Below the pieces are notes generated by a model that had not been told where the DNA came from, did no database searches, and saw nothing but the letters and a program-made list of their open reading frames with translations. The translations under genes were made by a program, and so were the position numbers. Source: an uncultured Planctomycetota bacterium (GTDB taxonomy: Bacteria; Planctomycetota; Planctomycetia; Isosphaerales; Isosphaeraceae). From it: a stretch of DNA of 64,000 bases. This document shows, piece after piece, positions 31,151-41,105 of this stretch. Position 1 is the first letter of the stretch, and each line of letters opens with the position of its first letter. The DNA is taken from assembly GCA_963737655.1 (NCBI GenBank), contig CAVTTN010000002.1, positions 4,704,001-4,768,000 on the forward strand. Reading direction: 5' to 3'.

Positions 31151-31771
31151 TCAGAACCGCTGGCGACCGGCGAGGGCGTCGGCCAGCATCTCCTTGTTGG
31201 CGAACTCCAGGGCGCCGCCGGAGGCCAGCCCGCGCGCCAGTCGCGTCACGGGAACTCCTGTCTCGGAAAGGGCTTGTGCCACCAGGAGCGCCGTGCCGTC
31301 GCCTTCGAGGTTCGGGTTCGTGGCCAGGATCACCTCGGAGACTCCGCCGGCCCGGACGCGATCGGCCAGCGCCTCGATGGTGAGCTGCTCGGGCCCGAGG
31401 CCTTGCAACGGCGCGAGCCGGCCGAGCAGGACGTGGTAGACCCCGCGGTAGGTTCCGGCCTTTTCCAAAGCGAGGAGGTCGCGAGGCTGTTCGACCACGC
31501 ACACCAGCGACGCCTCCCGCCGCGGATCTCGGCAGACGCTGCACAGCTCGTGGTCGGATTCGGTCAGGTGGAAGCATCGGGTGCAGTGGCGGATGCGGTC
31601 CTTGGCGTCCCGGATCGCGTCGGCCAGCGCCAGCGCCTCTTCCGGCGGGCACTTGAGGAGATGATGCGCGAGCCTCTCCGCGCTCTTGGCGCCGATGCCC
31701 GGGAGCCGGCCCAGGGCGGCGACCAGGCGATCCACGGCCGAGCTGACCCCGCCTCCGTCCTGGATCGCCAC
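31151..31771 (-). CDS. recR: Recombination protein RecR
   Basis: LPGIGAKSAERLA, C4 zinc finger, VCVVE, ILATNPNLEGDGTA. Confidence 0.97.
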   Translation of the reverse strand: MAIQDGGGVSSAVDRLVAALGRLPGIGAKSAERLAHHLLKCPPEEALALADAIRDAKDRIRHCTRCFHLTESDHELCSVCRDPRREASLVCVVEQPRDLLALEKAGTYRGVYHVLLGRLAPLQGLGPEQLTIEALADRVRAGGVSEVILATNPNLEGDGTALLVAQALSETGVPVTRLARGLASGGALEFANKEMLADALAGRQRF

Positions 31772-31774
31772 GGC

Positions 31775-32119
31775 TCAGGCCCCTCCGCCCATCAGGCCCG
31801 AGAGGCCGGGGATCGGCAGGCCGCCGGCCACCCCCTGGATCGATTTGGCCGCCGCTTCCCTCGCCTTGGTCATCGCCTGGTTCACGGCGGCCGTCACGAG
31901 GTCCTCGAGCAATTCGCGGTCGCCGTCGGCCAGGAGCTTCGGATCAATCCTCACCGAGAGCAGCTCCATCCGGCCGTTGGCCTTCGCCGTGACGACCCCT
32001 CCGCCGGCCGAGCCCTCGACCTGAAGCTGGCCGAGCGCCTCGGTGGCCTTCTCGACGCTCTCGCGGATCTTCCCCGCGTTCTTCATCAGGTCGGCCAGGT
32101 TACCAAGGTTGCCGAACAT
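31775..32119 (-). CDS. ybaB: Nucleoid-associated protein YbaB/EbfC
   Basis: VEGSAGGGVV...DRELLEDLVTAAVNQA; sits between dnaX and recR. Confidence 0.95.
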   Translation of the reverse strand: MFGNLGNLADLMKNAGKIRESVEKATEALGQLQVEGSAGGGVVTAKANGRMELLSVRIDPKLLADGDRELLEDLVTAAVNQAMTKAREAAAKSIQGVAGGLPIPGLSGLMGGGA

Positions 32120-32186
32120 GATGAGGGCTCCTCGAAGGGCGGGGACAAGGTTCGGTTGGGTCCGGTTCGATTCGATTCGGTTCGCT

Positions 32187-34016
32187 TCAGGAGACTTCCG
32201 GGTCGTCGCCGAGTTCCAGGTGGATCGGGACGGGGGCCGTTTCAAACAGGTCCATCAGGCCGCGGACCCACGGATCGGATTCGAGCTTGCGGGCGAGCTC
32301 GGCCTTGCTCGACGAGGGGGACGGCGACGATCGGCCCTCCTCCTCGGCGGACGGCTCGAACCGGACGGCCACCGCCCGGCCCAGGATCTCGGCCAGGGCC
32401 GATTCGACGGCCGGGCGCGCCTCCTCGAACCGATTCGCCTCCGCATTGTACTTCGACCCGACCGCCACGACCAGCGTCCCGGAGGGTTCGACGGCCGAGG
32501 GCCGGACCTGGCTCAGGAGGAACCGCCCGGTGCCGATCCGACCGATCATCTCGGCCCAGGCGACCCGGGCGGCGTCCAGGTCCGGGGCCCTCGAAGGCTC
32601 GGCGATCGGCCGAGGGGCGGGCTCGGCCGGCGGAGGGGGCGTCGGGGCCGGAACCGGAGCCAAAGCCGGTGGAGCGGGACGGCTCGGGGCCTTCGACGCC
32701 GTCGAATGGCCATTTCGAGCCGGCTCGGGCGTCGGCGCGACCGGGCGGGGCAAGACCGGGCGAGGCGGAGGGGCCGGTTCGTCAGCGGCTAACTTTTTTT
32801 TTACGGTCGGCGGGCCGTCGCCGGCCATCGCCGAGAGCCGGCCGATCAATTCGGCGACCTCGGCGAGGTCTTCGAGCCGAGCCACGCGGATCAGGGCGAT
32901 TTCGACGATCAATCGCGGATACGAGCTGCCCCGGAGCCGTCCCCGGGCCTCGGCCAGGATCTGCATCGCGGCCAGGATGGTGTCGATCGGCATGCGGTCG
33001 GCGATCGCGCGGAGCCTGGCGGATTGGCCGGGGGCCGCCGCCAGCAGGGGGACGCCGGCGCCCAGGGCCGTGGCCATCACGTCCCGGAGGAAATCGACCG
33101 ACCCGGCCAGGAGGTCCGACGGCTGGACGCCGGTCAGGCTCGCCGCCTCGACCAGGGAGAGCACCCGGGCCGCGTCGCGATCGGCCAGGGCATCCAGGAG
33201 GTCCAGGACGCGCTCATCGGGGGCGATCCCCAGGGCGCGGTGGACGGCCTCGTTGCTCAGCGACTTCCCGCCGTAGGAAAGCATTTGCTCCAGCAAGGAC
33301 TGGGCATCCCGCATCGAGCCCGAGGCCCGCCGGGCGATCGTGGCCAGGGCGTCGGGGTCGGCCTGGACGCCCTCGTTCTGGCAGATCTCGGCCAGGGTCG
33401 CGGCGATCTGGTCGGGGGTGATCCCGGCGAAGTCGTACCTCTGGCACCGCGAGAGGACGGTGATCGGGATCTTGTTCGGCTCGGTCGTGGCGAAGAAGAA
33501 CTTGACGTGCTCGGGAGGCTCCTCCAGCGTCTTCAACAGGGCGTTGAAGGCGCCGGTGGAGAGCATGTGGACCTCGTCGATGTAATAGATCTTGAATCGC
33601 GACCGGCTGGGCCGAAGGCCGGCGTTCTGACGGAGCTCGCGGACGGCCTCGACGCCGTTATTGCTGGCCCCGTCGATCTCGATCACGTCCACGTCCTGGC
33701 CGACGGAGATGGCCCGGCAGATGTCGCAGACGTTGCAGGGCGTCTCGGTCGGCCCGGTCACGCAGTTCAGGCACTTGGCAAAAATCCGGGCGATCGAGGT
33801 CTTGCCGACCCCCCGGGTCCCGCAAAACAGGTACGCATGAGTGACCCGATTGAGGCGGATGGCATTGCGGAGGGCCTGGACGACGTGATCCTGGCCCACG
33901 ACGTCCTCGAACGTCTGAGGGCGATACCGCCGGGCCACGACGGTATACGACGCGCCGTCTCCGGGGGCTTCGATCGTCGCTGGGGTCCGTACCACATCGC
34001 GCTCCGTCGCTTCCAT
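32187..34016 (-). CDS. dnaX: DNA polymerase III subunits gamma/tau
   Basis: ARRYRPQTF, GTRGVGKTS, DEVHMLS, SRCQ, GSMRDA. Confidence 0.97.
   Translation of the reverse strand: MEATERDVVRTPATIEAPGDGASYTVVARRYRPQTFEDVVGQDHVVQALRNAIRLNRVTHAYLFCGTRGVGKTSIARIFAKCLNCVTGPTETPCNVCDICRAISVGQDVDVIEIDGASNNGVEAVRELRQNAGLRPSRSRFKIYYIDEVHMLSTGAFNALLKTLEEPPEHVKFFFATTEPNKIPITVLSRCQRYDFAGITPDQIAATLAEICQNEGVQADPDALATIARRASGSMRDAQSLLEQMLSYGGKSLSNEAVHRALGIAPDERVLDLLDALADRDAARVLSLVEAASLTGVQPSDLLAGSVDFLRDVMATALGAGVPLLAAAPGQSARLRAIADRMPIDTILAAMQILAEARGRLRGSSYPRLIVEIALIRVARLEDLAEVAELIGRLSAMAGDGPPTVKKKLAADEPAPPPRPVLPRPVAPTPEPARNGHSTASKAPSRPAPPALAPVPAPTPPPPAEPAPRPIAEPSRAPDLDAARVAWAEMIGRIGTGRFLLSQVRPSAVEPSGTLVVAVGSKYNAEANRFEEARPAVESALAEILGRAVAVRFEPSAEEEGRSSPSPSSSKAELARKLESDPWVRGLMDLFETAPVPIHLELGDDPEVS
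32782..32804 (-). promoter_or_regulatory. Putative programmed frameshift/transcriptional slippage site in dnaX
   Basis: mRNA GTA AAA AAA AAG TTA GCC GCT GA: an A9 run, with TGA in the -1 frame and TAG in the +1 frame within 12 nt. Confidence 0.8.
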
Positions 34017-34049
34017 CCTGCCTTCCGGGCAGTGCCTCGCTGGGCCTCG

Positions 34050-34147
34050 GAGTGCTGAGTGCTGAGTGCTGAGTGCTGAGACTCTACCTTGTTTTGCGAC
34101 GGTCTGAGGCTTCGGACTCAGCACTCATTCCTCGGCACTCCGCACTT
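34050..34147. repeat. Heptamer tandem repeat (AGTGCTG)4 with inverted degenerate copies forming a hairpin
   Basis: Tandem at 34051-34080; CTCAGCACTC, CGGCACTC and CGCACT downstream. Confidence 0.8.
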
Positions 34148-34166
34148 CTTTCTGGAGAGGGGGCCG

Positions 34167-34279
34167 GGGAGAGCCGGGGAGGTGCTCCCGGGCGCATGAA
34201 GGCGATGCTTATGGCTGCTGCGTTCCCGCCCTGACCAGGTTCGCAAGCCCCCATCGCCCGGGTCCCCCCCGGCTCACCC
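34167..34279 (-). ncRNA. ffs: Signal recognition particle RNA (4.5S)
   Basis: Minus strand GAACCTGGTCAGG-GCG-GGAA-CGC-AGCAGCC (helix 8) inside a long stem; usual position upstream of dnaX-ybaB-recR. Ends approximate. Confidence 0.9.
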
Positions 34280-34402
34280 TGACCCCCGCCCCTTTGCTCG
34301 CTCGCTCGCTCGCCGGCCGGCCGACTGGGCACGGGCCTCCGGGCTCATTTTGGGATTGTCGGACATCGGAGGCCGGCATGCAAGGCCAGATCGCCGGGCG
34401 TG

Positions 34403-34610
34403 CAGGGCCGTTCCCTTCTCGACGCGGCGCCTGCCGTAAGCTCCTGGGGTGTCACGAGTTGCGAAGCCGGAACCCGTGGGCCGTCCTTCACGGGTTCCGA
34501 GGACGCAACCCGTGCCAACCACGGATGTTATGGCTTGGGTTGACTCGAAAACGAAACGGAACCCGAGCCACGCCGAACGTTACGGGTTCGATATTCTCGA
34601 AAACGAAACG
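34403..34610. repeat. Dispersed intergenic element, REP family E, copy 2
   Basis: Homologous to 15118-15237, with one extra REP unit and a duplicated CTCGAAAACGAAACGG segment. Confidence 0.8.
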
Positions 34611-35071
34611 GCCCAGGCCGGGCGGGGGACTAGACTCGAATCGACGGGATCGTCACGCAAGCGATCGTTTCTTAATTTGCTCCCGCCAACGACTTCCGGC
34701 GATCCGACGACCAAATTGGGACGACTTGGGACATTTTCGGGGGGAAAATCGCTCTGTTCTGGTGGCGTTGTCATCCATCCAACGTCGGATTTTCGGCGGC
34801 CTCGTCCGAACCGTTCGTGGAGCGATCGTCCACGGCCCTGAGCGAACCTTCGGCCGCCGGGAGGAACTCTCGGAGGCCCGGAGTCGATCGACGAAGAACC
34901 GCGATTGAGACCTTTCCTTCCGATTTGAGCACACGTCTCGGGGTATTCCTTCCCAGGGATTGGCCTTCACCGGTTCCGGACCCGGGGTCAGGGCTTCTGG
35001 TGCGTCCTACGCCCTGGACCTCGGCTCGATCCGGGGGAATCCCCGTCCTGTCTTTCCTCAGAGGACTCGGC

Positions 35072-35269
35072 ATGCTTTCGCTCCTCCCGAACCTTGGCCC
35101 CGGATCGCCGCTCGACGCCGTGCCCTTGTTGCTGGCCTATCTCGACCCGGGCAGCGGCAGCATGGTCCTCCAGGTGTTGATCGCCGGCCTGCTGAGCGGG
35201 ATGTTCTTCGTCCGCTCGTCCTGGGGCCGGATCAACGCCTGGGTGTTCGGGAACCGGGCCCGGCGATGA
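35072..35269 (+). CDS. Small single-TM protein with AYLDPGSGS motif (65 aa)
   Basis: GAGGA RBS; LAYLDPGSGSMVLQVLIAGLLSGMFFV; stop overlaps next ATG (ATGA). Confidence 0.75.
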   Translation: MLSLLPNLGPGSPLDAVPLLLAYLDPGSGSMVLQVLIAGLLSGMFFVRSSWGRINAWVFGNRARR

Positions 35270-36651
35270 GCGAGCGGCCTCGGCCCGGGGCGTCGTTCCG
35301 CGACCCCTCGGGCTTCGTGTTCGTCCGCGGCCCGGACCTGCTCCGCCAGGTCAACCTCTCCTACCGAGACGACTACGACCGGCTGATCGGCTCGGGCCTC
35401 TACCGGTCCCTGGCCGACCTCGGCTGGCTGGTGGACCACGAGGAGACGGACGAGGCCCCCGGGACGGACGAGGCGGCCTATCGCGTCCTCCGGCCCGAGC
35501 GCGTCCCGTTCGTGTCCTATCCCTACGAATGGAGCGTCTCCCAGCTCCGGGACGCCGCCCTGCTGACCCTGGACATCCAGGAACGCGCCCTGGCCTCGGG
35601 CATGACCTTGAAGGATGCCTCGGCGACCAACGTCCAGTTTCTTCGAGGAAAGCCGGTGCTGATTGACACCCTGTCCTTCGCGAGTTACCGCGAAGGGGAG
35701 CCCTGGGCCGCCTACCGCCAGTTTTGCGGCCATTTCCTGGCCCCTCTGGCCTTGATGAGCCGGGTGGACGCCCGCCTCGGCTCGCTCCTGAGGCCCTATC
35801 CCGACGGAATCCCGCTGGACCTCGCCGCGAAGCTCCTCCCCTGGCGAGTTCGGCTCCGACCCGGGCTGTTCCTCCACCTGGCACTCCATGCAAAATTCCA
35901 GGGCTCGGAGGCGAAGGCGGCTTCCGCTCCTCCTCGGAGGGGGTTTGGCCGATCGGCCATGCTCGGGCTGGTCCAGAGCCTGCGATCGGCGATCCTCGGC
36001 CTGCCGACGCCCTCGATTCGGTCGATCTGGTCGAATTATCAGACAGACAACTCCTATTCGGATGCCGCCCGTCAGCTCAAGCACCGGCTCGTGGCCGAAT
36101 TCCTCGATCCGATCGCGCCGGAGACGGTCTGGGACCTCGGCGCGAACGTGGGGGAGTACGCGCGGATCGCCTCGGCGAAGGGGATCTCGACGGTGGCCTT
36201 CGACCGCGACCCGGCCTGCGTCGAGAAGGCGTATCGGGACGCCCGGTCCCGCGACGACCCCGCCTTGCTTCCCCTGGTCATGGACCTGGCCAACCCCAGC
36301 CCCGGGCTGGGCTGGGAGGGACGGGAGCGGGCGTCGTTTCTGGACCGGGGGCCCGCCGACCTGGTGATGGCCCTGGCCCTGGTTCATCACCTGGCCATCG
36401 GCAACAACGTGCCGCTGGCGAACCTCGCCGAGTTCTTCGCGAGGGCGGGCCGGTGGCTGATCGTCGAGTTCGTGCCGAAGACCGATCCCCAGGTCCGCCG
36501 CCTCCTCCGGGCCCGGGACGACATTTTCGGCGACTACCATGTCGAGGGGTTCGAAGCCGCCTTCGCCCCCCGGTTCGAGATCGTGAGGTCCGCCCCCCTG
36601 GAAGACGGGGGGCGCATCCTCTACCTGATGAGGCGCAAGGACAGGCCATGA
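35266..36651 (+). CDS. NoeA-like protein: kinase-like N-domain plus class I SAM methyltransferase
   Basis: SFRDPSG, SYPYEWS, LKDASATNVQF...LIDTLSF; VWDLGANVGEY, ALALVHHL. Confidence 0.85.
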   Translation: MSERPRPGASFRDPSGFVFVRGPDLLRQVNLSYRDDYDRLIGSGLYRSLADLGWLVDHEETDEAPGTDEAAYRVLRPERVPFVSYPYEWSVSQLRDAALLTLDIQERALASGMTLKDASATNVQFLRGKPVLIDTLSFASYREGEPWAAYRQFCGHFLAPLALMSRVDARLGSLLRPYPDGIPLDLAAKLLPWRVRLRPGLFLHLALHAKFQGSEAKAASAPPRRGFGRSAMLGLVQSLRSAILGLPTPSIRSIWSNYQTDNSYSDAARQLKHRLVAEFLDPIAPETVWDLGANVGEYARIASAKGISTVAFDRDPACVEKAYRDARSRDDPALLPLVMDLANPSPGLGWEGRERASFLDRGPADLVMALALVHHLAIGNNVPLANLAEFFARAGRWLIVEFVPKTDPQVRRLLRARDDIFGDYHVEGFEAAFAPRFEIVRSAPLEDGGRILYLMRRKDRP

Positions 36652-38289
36652 CGCTCCTCCGGAAGTTTCGACCCGTCCTCCACCCGTTCCTCCTGGCGGT
36701 CTTCCCGATCCTCTCCTTCTTCGCCCAGAACGCGAGGGAGGTGGGGGCCTACGAGCTGACCGAGCCGATCGAGGTGGCGCTAGGGGCGTCGGCCGTCGCG
36801 TGGGTCGTCTTCTCGATCCTGTTCCGGGACGTCCACCGGGGGGGCCTGGAGGCCACCCTCCTGGTCGTCGGCTTCTGGACGATCGGCCGGGCCCCGGAAG
36901 ACGTCGCCTGCGCGCTGGAATACCTCAGCGAGTTCTGGGTGGTCCAGGATTTCCCGGCGTGGACCAAGACCGTCACGACCCTGGAATCCGCCCTTCTGAT
37001 CGCCGCGTTCGTCGGGCTGGGCTGGAGGCTGAAAGATCCCCGGGCCTGGACGTTGCGGCTGAACGTCTTCGCCGTGATCCTGGTCGCGATGCCGGCCCTG
37101 ACGATCTTCCGGGTCGAGCGCGAGGTGATCGCCACCGACCCGGCCCGCCCGGCCCTGGCGAGGCTGAAGAAGCCGGAGAAGCGGCCGGACATCTATTACA
37201 TCATCCTCGACGGATTCGCCCGGGCCGACGTCCAGAAGGCCCTTTTCGACTACGACCTGGAGCCGTTCCTGGCCCACCTGGAAGACCAGGGGTTCTACGT
37301 GGCCCGCCACGCCACGTCGAACTATTGCCAGACGCCGCTGTCGCTGACCTCCTCGCTCAACGGCGACTACCTCCCCGACCCTCCGACCGAGGAGGCGATG
37401 CAGTTCCCGCCCGATGCGGTCCTGGTCCGCGAGAATGCCGTGGTCAAGACGCTCCGGCCTCTGGGCTACAAGTTCGTCAGCTTCGCCAGCGGGTTCGACC
37501 ACACCGAATTGCCCGGGGCCGACGTCTATCTGTCCCCGTACCCGTATTGCAGCACGTTCCGCCGGGCCCTCCTGCTGGATACCCCGCTCTGGCGGTTCCT
37601 GCCCGACCCGATGCAGCACGACTCCTACACGATGACCCGCACCCGGACGAACTACGTCTTCGAGACCCTACCCAAGATCGCCAAGGACCGCGCGCACCAC
37701 GTTCACCTTCGCGCACATCCTCTCGCCGCATCCCCCGTTCGTCTTCGGCCCGAACGGCGAGGACGTGAGCCCCCGCCACCAGCACTATTTCCTGAACGAC
37801 GGCACGGTTTACATGATCCACTACGGCGACCCGGCGTCGTACGTGAAGGGGTATCACGATCAGGTCGCCTATCTCGTCAAGGGCGTCCGCAAGGCGATCG
37901 ACGGCATCCTCGCCAACTCGCCCGAGCCGCCGATCATCCTCCTCCAGTCCGACCACGGCTCGGGCCTGGGCCTGTTCCCGTTCAGCCTCGAACGGACCGA
38001 CCTCCCCGAGAGGATGAGCATCCTCAGCGCCTATTACTTCCCCGGAGGGAAGCGTCAGGGCCTCCACGACGAGATCACCCCGGTGAATTCGTTCCGGGTC
38101 CTGTTCAACAACTACTTCGAGGCCAACCTGCCGACCCTGCCCGATGAGAGCTATTTCTCGTCGTGGGTCGAGCCCCAGAAGTTCTCCCGGGTCACGGACA
38201 AGGTAAAGGGCCAGACCTACCACGGGCCGCCCCCTCCGCCTTCGACCAACCTGCCCGACGGCCGGAACCCCTTCGCGGGAAGCTTCTGA
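36648..38289 (+). CDS. Membrane-anchored sulfatase/alkaline-phosphatase superfamily protein, frameshift near 37695
   Basis: About 5 N-terminal TM helices; PDIYYIILDGFAR, SNYCQTPLS, FAHILSPHPPF, LQSDHG. Confidence 0.85.
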
Positions 38290-38318
38290 CGAGGCCCCGA
38301 GCCGGATCGGGCCCTGTC

Positions 38319-39818
38319 TCAGCCGAACTTCTTGACGACCGCCTCGCCCACGGCCTCGCCCACGGAGAGCCCGGCCGTGTTGTCCGACGGGTAATGGATG
38401 CCCCCGTAGATCCGGCTGATCCCGGCTTCCTGCGCGGCCTGGTCGAAGCTGGTGAAGTGCCGGGGCTGGACCCCGACGGTCGGGTCTCCGGGGTCCGTGA
38501 AGGCGAAATTCGGGCCGAAGACCGACGTCAACACCGCCGACGCCGCCGCGCTGAACGTGCTGTGACCCGAGATGTACGACGGGAAATTCGGGGTCGTCAG
38601 CAGGGGCGTCCAGCTCGGGTCGGAGGCCACTCCGGGCGTCCCGTTGGCGGCGGCCTGGCGGATCTCGGTCACGGGCCGGACCGTGTCGTCGGTCCACTTG
38701 CACGCCCAGCAGACGATCCCCGCGTCCGCCTCCGCCAGGTCGAGCAGGGCGAAGGTCCGGGCGTCCCGGGCGAGGGCCTGGGGCTTGCTCAGCGCGGCGA
38801 TCTCGGCGATCTGGTTCCACTGGCCGATGGGCGTGAAGGTGTCCACGCCGTCGGACCAGAACTGGGCGATCGCCGTCTGGTCGGCCGTCCTCGTGGTGCT
38901 ATTCTTCGATCCCAGCGACTCGACTTCCTGCAAATCGGCCACGAATTGCGGCGAGTTGAACGCCGGGGGCGGGGGCGGCTGGAACGCCGAGGCCGAGCTG
39001 ATGGCGAACGGCTGGACCTGGCCCCATCCCGGCAACAGGCCCGGGAGGTATTTGGGAGGAGTCGGCACCCAGTGGCCCGGCCCGCCGGGCGTCGGGGCCG
39101 CGACCGAGGCGGCCGAGGCCGAGCCGTCGTTGGCCCTCTGGGCCAGGATCGCCGAGCCGACCGCTTGCCCGAGGGCCTCGCCCCGGGCTCGGGCCCGCCG
39201 GTTGGGGACCGTGGCCTCGGCCTCATCGACCATCGCCGAGAACGACGACGCCCCTCCCGGCAAGACGGCCGCCAGGACGGTCCTCGCCGCCTCGGCCGCC
39301 GCGACGGTCGCCGACGCCCCCCGGTCCTTCGGCATGGTCACGAGGTATCCGGCCTCGCCCCGGGTCGCGGCCACCGCGTCGTGGACGGCCGCCTCGGCCA
39401 TCGCCAGGTCTCGCGAGGCGATCGGCGGGCTGGTCCCGGCCGCGCGGATCTGGGCAATTGCCACGTCGTTCGAATCAATCACCGCATCCCCGCGAGACAC
39501 CAGCACTTGCACCGACGTACCCGAGGTCCGATCGACCACCTCGAACGCCGACGGACCCCACGGCAACGCCGTCCGAAACCCGAACGCCCCCGAGCTTCCC
39601 ACGCGAGCCGTCGCCACCGGCCGCGAATGCCCCGAGCGTTCCAGGACGACCCTCTCCCCGGCGTTGGCCGTCCCGATGATCGCGACCTTCCGCGTGAGGA
39701 CCATCCCGTTGGCGTCCGGGTCCGATCTCTGGTCGATCGTCGCCGAGAGGCCCGAGAGCAAGGCGCGTTGTTCCAGGGGCTCCGGGGCAAACCGACGAGG
39801 CCGGGTCTTGGGGCGCAT
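38319..39818 (-). CDS. Exported vanadium-dependent haloperoxidase/PAP2-family protein
   Basis: LEQRALLS export motif; CKW...RP, PSYISGHS, SRIYGGIHY. Confidence 0.85.
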   Translation of the reverse strand: MRPKTRPRRFAPEPLEQRALLSGLSATIDQRSDPDANGMVLTRKVAIIGTANAGERVVLERSGHSRPVATARVGSSGAFGFRTALPWGPSAFEVVDRTSGTSVQVLVSRGDAVIDSNDVAIAQIRAAGTSPPIASRDLAMAEAAVHDAVAATRGEAGYLVTMPKDRGASATVAAAEAARTVLAAVLPGGASSFSAMVDEAEATVPNRRARARGEALGQAVGSAILAQRANDGSASAASVAAPTPGGPGHWVPTPPKYLPGLLPGWGQVQPFAISSASAFQPPPPPAFNSPQFVADLQEVESLGSKNSTTRTADQTAIAQFWSDGVDTFTPIGQWNQIAEIAALSKPQALARDARTFALLDLAEADAGIVCWACKWTDDTVRPVTEIRQAAANGTPGVASDPSWTPLLTTPNFPSYISGHSTFSAAASAVLTSVFGPNFAFTDPGDPTVGVQPRHFTSFDQAAQEAGISRIYGGIHYPSDNTAGLSVGEAVGEAVVKKFG

Positions 39819-40161
39819 GGGACGGCTTCTCCTTCGAACCCGTGGGGCGAGGCTGGATTCTCTCACTCGATCGCAGATAGGGCGGAGGGGACCGATCCAG
39901 GATACCCCGTCCGGGCCGGAGCGCTCCAGAGAAGCCCGAGGGATTCGGCGATCTTTTCCGGTCAGTTGAGAGAAAGCGACACGCCGGGGCGGATGGTCGC
40001 GAAATCGCCGGGCATCACGGGCCGCGATCGACGGCGATCGGGGGGCCTCGACCCGTCCAATTGGGGTTGATCGGCCGATTGGGGGGCGTTTATAACGTTC
40101 CGATCCCTCCCGGCCGAAACGGATTCCGGCGAGACCCTCGCTCCCAAGGACGTTTCCGACG

Positions 40162-40944
40162 ATGGCCAGCGCCGAATCTCACCCCAAAGCCCCGGGTTGC
40201 ACGGTCGATCTCGCCGGCCAGGTCGCCCTGGTCACCGGCGCCTCGCGAGGGATCGGCCGGGCGATCGCCCTGAAGCTCGCCTCCTGCGGCGCGTCGATCG
40301 CCGCCGTGGCGAGGACCGTCGAGGGCCTCGGCGGGACGATCTCCGCCATCCGCGAGGCCGGGGGCACCGCCGAGCCGTTCGCCGGGAGCGTGGCCGACCC
40401 GGCCGACGTCGAGCGGATCGTCGGAGAGGTGGAGGCGAAGTTCCCCAAGGTCCAGGTCCTGGTCAACAACGCGGGCGTGACCAGGGACGGCCTGTTCCTC
40501 CGGATGGACGACTCGGCCTGGGACGAGGTGATCGATACCAACCTCAAGGGCACGTTCCTCTTCTGCCGCCACGTCGGCGCCCTGATGATGAGGCAGAGGT
40601 ACGGCCGGATCATCAACATCACCAGCGTGAGCGGCCTGAAGGGGAACCCGGGGCAGGCCAATTACTCGGCGAGCAAGGCCGGGGTGATCGGGTTCACTCG
40701 GACGATCGCCCGCGAGCTCGCCTCCAGGAACGTGACGGTCAACGCGGTGGCCCCCGGGTTCATCACCACGGACATGACCGACGTCCTCCCCGAGAAGGTC
40801 AAGACCGAGGTCAAGGAGCACATCCCGCTCCGCCGCCTCGGCAACCCGGAAGACATCGCGGACCTGGTCGCCTATCTCGCCGGCTCGGGCGCATCCTACC
40901 TGACCGGCCAGGTCATCGCCGTGGACGGAGGGATGACCTGCTAG
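40162..40944 (+). CDS. fabG: 3-oxoacyl-ACP reductase
   Basis: [30 protein letters not shown]; next to acpP-fabF. Confidence 0.96.
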   Translation: MASAESHPKAPGCTVDLAGQVALVTGASRGIGRAIALKLASCGASIAAVARTVEGLGGTISAIREAGGTAEPFAGSVADPADVERIVGEVEAKFPKVQVLVNNAGVTRDGLFLRMDDSAWDEVIDTNLKGTFLFCRHVGALMMRQRYGRIINITSVSGLKGNPGQANYSASKAGVIGFTRTIARELASRNVTVNAVAPGFITTDMTDVLPEKVKTEVKEHIPLRRLGNPEDIADLVAYLAGSGASYLTGQVIAVDGGMTC

Positions 40945-41105
40945 TAGGGTGCATGAAATGCACCAGGCACGCGGCGGCCCAACTCCGCCACCCATCTCGT
41001 CTCGTCTTCGACTGCGACCGGAACAGGTTCTGGAAAGCGGCCTCCGGCCGCCGCGGTTGGCGGGTTTCACCCGCCCTACATGACGGTGGGCTCCGCCCAC
41101 CCTGC
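40944..41105. repeat. Chimeric REP cluster (family A forward; family B and a variant in reverse)
   Basis: Family A at 40944-40964 overlaps the fabG TAG; reverse REPs at 41059-41079 and 41085-41105 are joined by ATGAC. Confidence 0.85.

Noticed and set aside
34280..34500. tRNA upstream of ffs
   Set aside because: No cloverleaf or T-loop GTTCRA pattern recognised; only a (GCTC)4 run and the family E repeat.
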